A stretch of 41,566 nt of DNA from Bigelowiella natans CCMP2755 (lineage: Eukaryota > Protista > Cercozoa), in contig ADNK01000308.1 of assembly GCA_000320545.1 (NCBI GenBank), forward strand, positions 1-41,566, given 5' to 3'. Numbering within the stretch: the stretch's first letter is position 1; the number at the start of each line of letters is the position of its first letter. Below, piece by piece: positions 1-8,990 of the stretch. The notes beneath the pieces are model-generated. The model was given only the letters and a program-made list of their open reading frames with translations. It was not told the origin of the DNA and did no database searches. A program made the position numbers and the translations under genes.

Positions 1-62
1 CCTCCTACTCTTACTGCTACTACGACTACCCCACCGCTCTATTACTACCAAAACATTTGCAG

Positions 63-1878
63 CTCGCGCGGCTGCCACCTACAATGGCTCTTCGAGCAAT
101 AGAAGTAGCATTAGCGATATTGACGGGAGGATGATGATGAGTCCTGAAGAACGAATCAAGCTTATAAGGAATAGGAGAAAAGGGTTCATACTGCCTGGGG
201 GACGGGGGGGGAAGGGGGGGAGAGAGAGAAATGAGAAAGCTATTCGGTGTGATATCGTCATTATCATCATCATTATCATCCTTCAAGTATTATATTAATT
301 GGATTGGGTGAGGCCAGGTGACGACAGGGATGTTTCATCCACCACGCGACTGTTCACCTTTCCTTCCACTTTCCCCACCAGGATGGGAGGGCCTTTCGTT
401 GAGTCATGGAGCAACCCGGGAGAGTTTCAAGAGATACTAAAGATGTACCCTGACCCTCCCAAGCTCGATAGTGACGTAATATCGAATCAGCACATAGACG
501 AAGAAGAAGAAAAAGAAGAAGAAGAAGATATGGACGCCAGATTAAACCAGAGAGGACTGTACGGCACAATGATCTTCCTTGTTCCAAGTTGTTGCTCGTG
601 TGTTCGTGCTCAATTGCTGATTTTCGTCATGCTTTCTTTCTTGATAGTCTCTGCCACCAGAAAAGTTTGCCCTAGGAGTGTTACGGGGAATGGGGTGATA
701 AATTTGTAATTTTGGCGATTTCTCTTTGTGTCCCCCCCCCCGTCTCTGAAAGCATGATAGTTCCAACTTATGATTGAGGGTTCCGCGCAAGGATACTTCG
801 AGGAAAACTGTTGTTGCTTTTCGTTACAGGTTCAACACGTCCGACCCGTCGATATTCAACAAATCGTCTTCGTCAAAGAGAATTGTCCCCTGGATGGGCA
901 GAAGAGGCAAGTGCATCACGCGTCACATGTACACATATACCGTACACGTTAGGAATATATGTGTACATATTTTAATATACTGAGAATAATGATGATTGAG
1001 CAGGTGTCGGTTTTTTGCCTAAGCTCGAGCCCAAATGGAGATCACCAACGTCCAAAGGTCATAATTTCTCTTCGGTGCGTTTGCATGCACCAAATAGCGC
1101 TGTTTTCATCAGATCCGCTGTTTTCATGTCCTAGCATTTGCCTTGCATATACCTAAATCCTACTGCTACTGTTCGCAGCTTTGAATAAGCGTTTCCCATC
1201 TCGGATTGATGCCAAAGATTCTGCAGATGAGAAGACTGAAATGCACCGTAATTTACCGCCTTCGCAGCAATCACCCTCCTCTTCCGCATCATCACCATCA
1301 TCATCATCATCATATTCGTCTTCATACTCCTACTCGGAGGAAGAAAGTAGTGCTGTAGACCGCACCGCGGCGGATGCAGAGAGCTTCAAGGCAGGCGACT
1401 CGAGACACGATAGCCGTACAAGCTCCAGAACAAGAAGTAGAAAGTCCAAAAGAAGAAGAAAAATGCGTCGTCGCAGCGGCAGCAAGAGTCAAAGGAACAT
1501 AGAAAATGGCCGGAATGACAAGAAAGGAACGAAGAAGAAAAGCAAGAGAAAATCAAGTAATAGAAGAAGAGAGAGAGAGAGGGAGAGTAGTACACTGAGA
1601 AAGGCAAACACATTCTTGTAAGCGTGTTACAGTCCATCTTTTGAAGATAGACGAAGGAGTTATTTTCCCACACAGTAGAGTGCCTGTCGGTGTTATAAAC
1701 ACTAGCGTGTGCCAATGTGGATTGGTTTCCAACACAAAATCGAACATGTGGTTCGTGAACATCCATGTATTTTCTTGATGTGCACAGAGATGCGTTCGCG
1801 GTCCTCAAAGGAGACGGCCGAGCAGAATGTGAGGAAGAGGAGATGACACCTGAGATGATTGGCATCATTGCCATTTAA
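63..1878 (+). CDS. Multi-exon gene (5' end outside window or unresolved): G-patch-like protein with Ser/Arg/Lys-rich C-terminal region
   Basis: Spliced reading EKFALGVLRGMG|FNTSDPSIFNKSSSSKRIVPWMGRR|GVGF resembles the G-patch pattern (hydrophobic..LxxMG...RxGxG). Phase-compatible introns end at 829, 1003 and 1178. The apparent stop at 1621 lies inside a TT|GTAAGC donor that splices in frame to exon 1788-1878 (LDAFAVLKGDG...IIAI*). The junction near 558-660 is not resolved. Confidence 0.55.
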
Positions 1879-2200
1879 ACACTGAATGTTGACTGCGACG
1901 AACGATCTCCATGTGGCCTTCGAAACGACAAAGGCCGTGCAAAAAGTGAGAAGGGACAACTCTAGAACTGTGCACATGCTAGCATGCACACAGCACTTTG
2001 TGCACTTCGCATCATTCTGCTGCAACACATTGCAAGAATGACATGCTCCATGGCAGCTAGATGTGAACTGAGACGCTCTCCTGCGCGCTGATGTGTCAAA
2101 GCACAAGTGCCAAATGATCCAAGAGTGACATGCCTTGTCCAGAGTCCAGATGTGCAACTAGAAACACATGTGCGATGCGGACGTGCTTTCGCGTGGCTTC

Positions 2201-2596
2201 CACAAGTCCGTCAAACCTGCAACGAATCGCCAGAATGTGCATTTGGAAGCTTTTGCGCGCGACCAAGCGCGTCATGTGATGCAATGGACATTGATTTGCT
2301 CGCATTTCTTTGAAATTTTTCGTGCACATCACATCATTTTGGTCAAACGCACACGCAAAAGCATTCAAAGTGTGGCAGAGAACAAACGCGCAGCGTGCAT
2401 CCGCCACACAACGGGTGTGAATTTTCACACTTTGAGGCCTTGAGCATGGACATTTTGGTCAACATTTCGGTCATTTTTTCAGGTTTGGCCATCGGACAAG
2501 TTCTGATGACTTTTCTTTGACTAACTGCAACTGCCTGCTGCTTCAAAGCACTGCACTGTTCACAACCCCGTCGTTGCCGGGTTTGACGGACTTGTG
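2201..2596. mobile_element. Putative MITE / non-autonomous DNA transposon (~396 bp)
   Basis: Terminal inverted repeats CACAAGTCCGTCAAACC-TG/CGG-CAACGA at 2201-2225 and 2571-2596, first 17 bp perfect. CAC...GTG termini with TC on both sides (possible 2-bp TSD). No credible coding capacity. Confidence 0.65.
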
Positions 2597-2607
2597 TCAC
2601 AGTTGAC

Positions 2608-2934
2608 TGTTGCGCGTAAGGTGTTCACAGGCCGAGGCGCTACGTGCACAAGTAGGCAGGGGGGGGGGAAAGGCACGTTTGCTTCCTTTTGAAGAGTTGT
2701 GTTTATTTTTATTAAAGATTATATTTTTATTAAATCGTGCACTGCGTAATCATTCGCGAAGCTTTCGCGAATGCCGCCGCACGTGGGGCAGCACACTTCC
2801 GGTGTGCTGCCATGAGTCCCGCCGGAACCCACGTGCCTATGCTGTATTAATATCTACGTTATCTATATTCTATATCCGCGACAACCCCTTTGTTGTCGCA
2901 CGTGACTTGTGCCCGCGTAGTGGTACGCGCTACA
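2608..2934 (-). repeat. 3' LTR
   Basis: TGTTGCGCGTA...TACGCGCTACA (10/11 inverted termini). Appears identical to 7999-8325, including the 10-G run. Confidence 0.97.
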
Positions 2935-2942
2935 CCTCCCCC
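2935..2942 (-). promoter_or_regulatory. Polypurine tract (plus-strand primer)
   Basis: GGGGGAGG on the minus strand directly abuts the 3' LTR, with further purine-rich sequence upstream. Confidence 0.8.
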
Positions 2943-2985
2943 AAGTCACGTTGCTCCTTCCTTCCTTCCTTATTCCCTTAGACCT

Positions 2986-5900
2986 TCATCGCTTTCGGAA
3001 CTTCACCAACCACCAGGTAATAGATTCCTCTCTAACCTTATCTCCTTTGTCGCTTACCCAGAACTCACCTTCGTCCTTAGGTTCGTGTCCATACCAGCCC
3101 TCTGCATCAAGGTCCCCCAGGACCTTATACCAGTGCTCAAAGGGTAAGTCGGGAACAGCTAGGTAGAGTAGCTGATATTTTCCGTCCTTTATTTTCATAG
3201 CTACCCTCTCCATATTTCGTAATCCAGGGTAGCCTAGATAGACAATCTTCATGCGCCAATCGTCGTTCACCCTGACCTTATTGTTTCCATATTCCACATC
3301 GAACTTAGGTCGGGGTCCTAAACAAGGCATTGCTCGCTCCCACACAGTAGGGTTTACTTTAACATCCTCTAGGAGCTTCTCACCGATATCATAATTCTTT
3401 AGGTGACTGATGTGGCGCAAGGTGACCCTGTTCCCATCATAGATGTAGTACTGCTTCCTCCCCTTCCTCTCGGTAACCTTTGCAACGCCACCCCAGAAGG
3501 GGTCTTGTTTATTTCTCGATCTCAGATTTACCTTGGCCCTAACATACTGTCCTTCCTTTAGAACTCGGCCATCGTACGGGACCTTCTCGTCTTCGCTCTC
3601 GGTATCGTCGTCGTTGTCGTCGCCTTCTTCCCTCTCCTTATCCTTGATACCTCCCCCAGACGTGAAGGTGTCGTTTACTAACCCTTGTATCTTGTCTGGT
3701 GTGGTGCTATTTATCCTGCTTAGGTTGGCCAAGGTGCGGTGGAGTCGCTCTACCTTGGAGTTGGACTGGGCATAGTATACAGGTGAGGCATCGATATTAG
3801 GGTGTGGTAGCTGTAGAAGAGAGGTCTCATTATCCACATGTAACTTCTTTGGTATCTTGTTTATGCTAACTTCATCAGGGATAGCCTGGAGCTCAGACTC
3901 CCAGGTACGGTAGCAGTTAGTAAGCCTCTGCTTATATAAGCCTTTGTTCTTCTTAGCAACGTTGACCTTGATAATCTTTTTAACCCAGCACTTTCCAGTG
4001 GCCACATCAACGAAGGTAAGGTAGTGATAGCCATCGTACTTATAAACATCAATTTGCACGATATCTAAGAAGTTCCTTGCTTTGATTTTCTTAGATGCAC
4101 GGCTCTTGCTGGACTCCTTGGTGGCGACGCCTGCCGCCTTCAAGCTGGAGCACCTGCAGCCACGCAGGTATGTCCTTATCTCTTTTAGCTTGTAGGGCCA
4201 GTAGTAATGGTAGAGTAGAGCAGTGATATGGTTTTCTCCTACGTGTGCAGGTCCATGGGCGGTAAAGAGAAGGGCTCCCCTGGTCCGCCGTGGCACGTAG
4301 GTACGCCTAACATTATTAGTGTATACATATATCCTATCACTAAGTACCTCATGCTTGTGTTTGTATTTATCCAGGTGTTCTTGAAGGTGCTGGAGCTCCT
4401 CTGGCTCAGGCAGGAAGTCGCCGTCCTCGAAGGTAATCGCGTTAACCATAGGGGTGACCTGGGTAGGGACTTTCTTTTCGAACAGCCTGCTGAAATAGTC
4501 AGCAAGCTGCTTGTCTCCTGGTGCGTAGACCACTGTCCTCTTGTCCCTAAACTCTTCCGTGTCCGCCCTCATAGCTGCATACTCATCGTTAGGCGCTTCG
4601 AGCTTGCGGTCGATGCCTAGGAGGGGCTTGTGGTCAGTCATTAAGGTGAAGCTGGGCACCGACAGCAGGTAGTGTCTTAGTTTCCTCTGCGCCTCAGTCA
4701 TGGCTTTATACTCTCCTTTTGTAGGGCTGTACTTGGCCTCAGCTGCTGTGCAGGCCCTGCCCCACACCCGTATGATCTGCTGGTCTTGGGTAAGTACAGC
4801 AGCCATACCTAGCTTAGACCAGTCTGTCCATAGGGTAGCTGGTCTAGTAGTGTCTAGCTTAGCATTCAATAGGGTGTTGCTGCATAACTTTATTAGGTTA
4901 TCGAAGTGGGCATCAAGGCCAGCCTTGGCCCACACCTTAGCGAAGCTGAGGCCTACAGAGTTCTCCTTCCGGTAAGCAGTAGTAAAAGCAGCTGCAGTCC
5001 TAGCGTAGGTAGGGGAGAACCTACGTAGTATCCAAGCTGCAGTCTGCAAGAATGACTTTAACTCCTTTGCATTCTTAGGTTTAGGGGCTTGCTGTAGTGC
5101 TGCTACTTTCTCGGGGTTTGGGGTGATGCGGCCTTGCTCCAGGTAATATCCACACCACTTGATTCTTGTAGCTAGGAATGTACACTTCTGCAGTCTAATA
5201 GTAAAACCGAAGTGTGCAAACCTAATAAATATATTTTCCAGGAGGAAGATCTGAGCGACGACTGTGTTGGTACATATTATGTCATCATCCACATACACAA
5301 ACACAAACACCCACAACACAGACGCCATCCCATCATGTGTGTATGCCCTGTAGTTCTGACTACTGAACGCATCCCCTGATATGCTTAGGCCGTAAGGGAA
5401 TACGACGAAGTGCCACTTCCTGTGCCTGCTGGAGAACGCGGTAATGGGGCGGGAGGTTTTGTGGATGGGTGTCTGCATGTATGATTCATTTTTATCTAGG
5501 GAAGAGTAGTATTTGTATCCTATGACGTGTTCAATAACGTCATCTATCCTTGGTGTAGGTGTCTGGATCCTCTTTATTACTCGGTTGTGGCGGATGAAGT
5601 TGTGCGCCAGGCGGAAGAAAGGGTAAGTAGGTTTCTTAGCTAGCACATGTCTCACGTTCCATGGTGAGTTGCTTGGCTCTATCTTCCCTTCCTTTGCCCA
5701 TTCATTGATCTGCCACTCTATCTTTTCCCAGTCCGCTTCCGGTCGCCTATGTTCTGGGTCATTGATGATGCACTCTTCGTATCCCTTCTTTAGCTCGATC
5801 TTTACTGGGGTAAGCTTGCTGGAGGGCTTCGTCGTCGGCTTGGTGATGTCAGAGTACTTCTCGTTTAATATTTTATTAATGTACTTTTTGCCTTTGTCGA

Positions 5901-7959
5901 TATCCCAATCATCAGCTGGGGGGGTCTTGTCCAGTAGCTCCGTTATCTGTCGGATGGTCTTGCCGGGGTTCTTCTTCCGTAGCTCGGTAGGTGTAGGTAG
6001 CTTGTTGTCCGCTAGGTCCATAAACTCTAACGCATTAACGCTTGACTCAGAGGTCCACTCGTCAAGCCGTATCATGTTCTGGCTGATGGTCCTGCCTGAC
6101 TTCTTTGGCAACTTAGCAAAGTATATCTTGTGATTGTAGAATGATATGATCCCCCCTAATTTTTCTAGGGCATCCTGTCCGAGGAGTAGTTCCATGGATA
6201 AAGTCATGGCTACTCGGGTCTTGATTTGGGTCTCCGCGTCGCTGCCAGGTATCTGTAGCTTTAGCATTAGCTCACCGACGGTCTTCATGGAAGAGCTTCC
6301 GTCTGCTTGAGCATATTTACGTTCTTTCTTAGTCACTTGATCCAATAGTCCTAACCTTCTTACTGTGCTTAGGCTTATGAAGGACTTCGGCATGCTGCCA
6401 CTATCCCAAAGGGCAGGTAGTTTCTTGTAGTCTCCGTAGCTGTCTTTAACTTTAACCTTGGTCATAGCAACTTTGATAGTCCTGTTAGCGTCTTCGTCAT
6501 TAATGTTGCATACTCCTAAGTTCTTTATGTCGTCTAGGGTCATGGGCTTGTCTTGGTCCTGCGTTGCTGGTACTGCTGTCTTCGTCGGCGCCTGCTTAAG
6601 GTGATCTAATATTCCGTTTATCTGCTGCTGTATAGCATTGATACTGTTCTGCTTTTTGTTCTTATATTTATTGTTCTTCCCGTTGTTGCTGCCTTGCCAT
6701 TTGCTGTTGTTATATCCTTGTCCTCTGCCTTTCTTTCTCTTTAACTTCTCGTAGTGTTCGTTGAGCTGCCTGATCGTCATCCTGGGTCGTCCTTCTTTCC
6801 TGTCTCTGCAGTCTTTAGCGGTGTGTTTCCCTTTACGTGAGCAGTATCCGCAACGTCGGTTACCTTCCCTGTCCTTGTACCAGTCTCGCTGCGGCTTAAT
6901 AGCGTTAATGTTTCCTATGCCAGGTACCTTAGGGCTGGTAAACTTGCGGTCCTGCTCCTGCTCGCGTAGGGATATAGCCTGCACTGCTGCCTCCATCGTG
7001 GTGTAGCCTTTCTCCGTAACGTAAGTGGATTCCTTTATCTTTAACTTGAACTCTTCAAACCTTGCCTGATCATCACCTGTGTTGTAATTAAAATCATGTA
7101 GTTCGTCGATCATATCCTGGAAGCGCGTGGCAAAGTCTCTAACAGGTTCTCTCTCATGCTGCATCATTGCTCTGTATTTTCTAATAGCCTGGGGTAGGGA
7201 GTTAGCATCCTGTTCATTTACAAAAGCCTTCATTATCGCCTCAACGTCTCGTAGCCCACTAACTGTAGTGTGTATTTTCTCTAGCTGCCTGATCCGGGTC
7301 CTGCCTGTCTCGTAAAGGTCCATGGCTTGCTTTATTATAGCTAGCCATTTGAGCTTGTCGTTTTCGGTGGGGTTAGGGGTAAAGTCGCAGAGTATACTCC
7401 TAGCGTTCTTCCACCACCTCCTTGCCTCACCTCTTTTCCCGTTGTATTTCGTTATCATAACCGGTGCTGTTTTAACAGACATGAACTGGGTGTTCCGCTG
7501 TACCGGCTGCTGCTGCTTGACGGTGCTCTGGGTCGTCCCCCGCGAGGCGCCCAGACCCCCGTCGTTCCTAAACAAAGCTGCCCACTCTGGAGGTAAGTCT
7601 GCTTCGTAATCCATGATGTCCTGCATGATAGCTGCCCAAACATCATGTGTCTGATACTTGTATTCTATCGATACTTTCAGTTTGGCGTAGTTGCTCGCCC
7701 TGGGTCGCAAGGCTCGTAATGCCATTACGACCTTCTTGCTTTCGGCGGCCACGTCCTCGTCGTCCGCCTCGTAGAAGTTCTCCAGTGCCTCTGCTGCTGC
7801 ATCTGCTTTCTTAATCCCGGGTGCTGGTCCCGGCGGTGCCTGTGGAGGTGTTCCTCCTCCTTCCTTAGCGTCCGTATCGCCCTTCCTTTCCTGTTTCTGC
7901 TCGTGCCCTTGCACGGCCTGCGAGCCAAAGTCCTGCTGTTCTTCTAGCTGCTGTGACAT
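2986..7959 (-). CDS. Gag-Pol polyprotein, 1657 aa (Gag zinc knuckle, aspartic protease, RT, RNase H, integrase, SH3-like region, degenerate Dam-like C-terminal domain)
   Basis: Motifs: CGYCSRKGKHTAKDC knuckle; LWDSGS protease; FPYGL and YVDD RT; WTDWSKLGMAAVL and TDHKPL RNase H; HGPAH...CRC, QIDV, HVDNE, SKVERLHRTL integrase. Uninterrupted ORF. Confidence 0.96.
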   Translation of the reverse strand: MSQQLEEQQDFGSQAVQGHEQKQERKGDTDAKEGGGTPPQAPPGPAPGIKKADAAAEALENFYEADDEDVAAESKKVVMALRALRPRASNYAKLKVSIEYKYQTHDVWAAIMQDIMDYEADLPPEWAALFRNDGGLGASRGTTQSTVKQQQPVQRNTQFMSVKTAPVMITKYNGKRGEARRWWKNARSILCDFTPNPTENDKLKWLAIIKQAMDLYETGRTRIRQLEKIHTTVSGLRDVEAIMKAFVNEQDANSLPQAIRKYRAMMQHEREPVRDFATRFQDMIDELHDFNYNTGDDQARFEEFKLKIKESTYVTEKGYTTMEAAVQAISLREQEQDRKFTSPKVPGIGNINAIKPQRDWYKDREGNRRCGYCSRKGKHTAKDCRDRKEGRPRMTIRQLNEHYEKLKRKKGRGQGYNNSKWQGSNNGKNNKYKNKKQNSINAIQQQINGILDHLKQAPTKTAVPATQDQDKPMTLDDIKNLGVCNINDEDANRTIKVAMTKVKVKDSYGDYKKLPALWDSGSMPKSFISLSTVRRLGLLDQVTKKERKYAQADGSSSMKTVGELMLKLQIPGSDAETQIKTRVAMTLSMELLLGQDALEKLGGIISFYNHKIYFAKLPKKSGRTISQNMIRLDEWTSESSVNALEFMDLADNKLPTPTELRKKNPGKTIRQITELLDKTPPADDWDIDKGKKYINKILNEKYSDITKPTTKPSSKLTPVKIELKKGYEECIINDPEHRRPEADWEKIEWQINEWAKEGKIEPSNSPWNVRHVLAKKPTYPFFRLAHNFIRHNRVIKRIQTPTPRIDDVIEHVIGYKYYSSLDKNESYMQTPIHKTSRPITAFSSRHRKWHFVVFPYGLSISGDAFSSQNYRAYTHDGMASVLWVFVFVYVDDDIICTNTVVAQIFLLENIFIRFAHFGFTIRLQKCTFLATRIKWCGYYLEQGRITPNPEKVAALQQAPKPKNAKELKSFLQTAAWILRRFSPTYARTAAAFTTAYRKENSVGLSFAKVWAKAGLDAHFDNLIKLCSNTLLNAKLDTTRPATLWTDWSKLGMAAVLTQDQQIIRVWGRACTAAEAKYSPTKGEYKAMTEAQRKLRHYLLSVPSFTLMTDHKPLLGIDRKLEAPNDEYAAMRADTEEFRDKRTVVYAPGDKQLADYFSRLFEKKVPTQVTPMVNAITFEDGDFLPEPEELQHLQEHLDKYKHKHEVLSDRIYVYTNNVRRTYVPRRTRGALLFTAHGPAHVGENHITALLYHYYWPYKLKEIRTYLRGCRCSSLKAAGVATKESSKSRASKKIKARNFLDIVQIDVYKYDGYHYLTFVDVATGKCWVKKIIKVNVAKKNKGLYKQRLTNCYRTWESELQAIPDEVSINKIPKKLHVDNETSLLQLPHPNIDASPVYYAQSNSKVERLHRTLANLSRINSTTPDKIQGLVNDTFTSGGGIKDKEREEGDDNDDDTESEDEKVPYDGRVLKEGQYVRAKVNLRSRNKQDPFWGGVAKVTERKGRKQYYIYDGNRVTLRHISHLKNYDIGEKLLEDVKVNPTVWERAMPCLGPRPKFDVEYGNNKVRVNDDWRMKIVYLGYPGLRNMERVAMKIKDGKYQLLYLAVPDLPFEHWYKVLGDLDAEGWYGHEPKDEGEFWVSDKGDKVREESITWWLVKFRKR

Positions 7960-7975
7960 TGTTAGTCAAATCGTT

Positions 7976-7993
7976 TCCCGTGTGTGGAAGCCA
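7976..7993 (-). promoter_or_regulatory. Primer-binding site (complement of a tRNA 3' end)
   Basis: Minus strand reads LTR-ACCTT-TGGCTTCCACACACGGGA. The complement ...TCCCGTGTGTGGAAGCCA resembles a CCA-ending tRNA (Glu/Asp-like); the tRNA identity is not established. Confidence 0.65.
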
Positions 7994-7998
7994 AAGGT

Positions 7999-8325
7999 TG
8001 TTGCGCGTAAGGTGTTCACAGGCCGAGGCGCTACGTGCACAAGTAGGCAGGGGGGGGGGAAAGGCACGTTTGCTTCCTTTTGAAGAGTTGTGTTTATTTT
8101 TATTAAAGATTATATTTTTATTAAATCGTGCACTGCGTAATCATTCGCGAAGCTTTCGCGAATGCCGCCGCACGTGGGGCAGCACACTTCCGGTGTGCTG
8201 CCATGAGTCCCGCCGGAACCCACGTGCCTATGCTGTATTAATATCTACGTTATCTATATTCTATATCCGCGACAACCCCTTTGTTGTCGCACGTGACTTG
8301 TGCCCGCGTAGTGGTACGCGCTACA
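7999..8325 (-). repeat. 5' LTR
   Basis: 327-bp copy of 2608-2934. On the minus strand it carries TATA-like and AATAAA-like motifs. Confidence 0.97.
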
Positions 8326-8342
8326 TGACACACCCACTCACG

Positions 8343-8551
8343 TGAATGTCAAGTTCTTGCTTGAGAGTGCGCAGGCATTTGAGCAGAACCAATTGGTCTA
8401 GTCGTGCGTGCATGCATGGAAATGCCAGTCTCTGTGGCACGCCAAACGCTGCCTTTTTGACGTGCCGTTTCAAGTCGAGGAGGGTGGTGGCGTCGGAGTC
8501 AATCTCAATGTGGAGACGTTTTCCTGAAGGAGTAACAAGATGGATCTTCAT
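8343..8551 (-). pseudogene. Ubiquitin-like domain ORF, probably a relic, next to the Gypsy insertion
   Basis: MKIHLVTPSGKRLHIEIDSDATTLLDLKRHVKKAAFGVPQRLAF aligns by eye with ubiquitin [45 protein letters not shown]. It lies in a TA-depleted tract and is followed by a GTGAGT donor-like site and the LTR. Confidence 0.55.
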
Positions 8552-8615
8552 TGCACGACTAGTCTTTCAGCCGCATGCATGAAAGCAGCTTTCTAGCTTT
8601 GGTCTTCGTGGGGGG

Positions 8616-8697
8616 TGAACAATGAACAATGAACAATGAAGTGACAACTGCACGAGTTTCCTGGATCCACGCACAATGAACAATGAACAATGAACAA
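8616..8697 (+). repeat. Two short arrays of the heptamer AATGAAC
   Basis: (AATGAAC)~3 at 8616-8640 and again at 8675-8697. Confidence 0.8.
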
Positions 8698-8990
8698 AGC
8701 ATTGATGCAAATCCACATGCGCCAGCACCACATGGGAGACAGGCATGTGCATGCAGCAGCGCCTCAGCAAAAATCATTGCGAGGACTTGTCAGCACCCTG
8801 TTGGTGATGAGTGGCACAACTAGCCTGCGATCGGGAGAGTTAGGAAAGATGTTTCGGATGGTCGGAAGTCCATCAGAGGATGAAAATGCCACACGTTTCT
8901 CCTTCGCGACACGATGAAGATGTTTCAGATGTAAGACGGTTTCGGACTCCCGAATGATGATTTCGGGCGGGAAAAGTGCGATTTCGCGAA

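Larger units (their letters stand above)
2608..8325 (-). mobile_element. Intact Ty3/Gypsy LTR retrotransposon (5718 bp)
   Basis: Two 327-bp direct repeats with TG...CA ends, TGAC target-site duplication (2604-2607, 8326-8329), PBS, PPT, and a single gag-pol ORF in PR-RT-RH-INT order. Confidence 0.97.

Noticed and set aside
1702-2600. Cys/His-rich ORFs as metal-binding proteins (also 28646-29430 and 31028-31703)
   Set aside because: These follow from TA loss, which removes TAA/TAG stops and Tyr codons. ORF 2096-2428 also crosses the MITE boundary.
1879-2607. CpG methylation decay or fungal-type RIP as the cause of TG/CA excess
   Set aside because: CG dinucleotides remain common (GCGCGC, CGACG) and TA is the missing dinucleotide. 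RIP would increase TA.
2610-2981. Duplicated 123/130-aa ORFs (also 7953-8345)
   Set aside because: Antisense readings of the two LTRs with no protein features.
3533-7609. Plus-strand ORFs within the retrotransposon
   Set aside because: Antisense shadows of gag-pol.
8616-8697. CRISPR-like or telomeric array
   Set aside because: Only short heptamer tandems without spacers, in a eukaryotic interstitial context.
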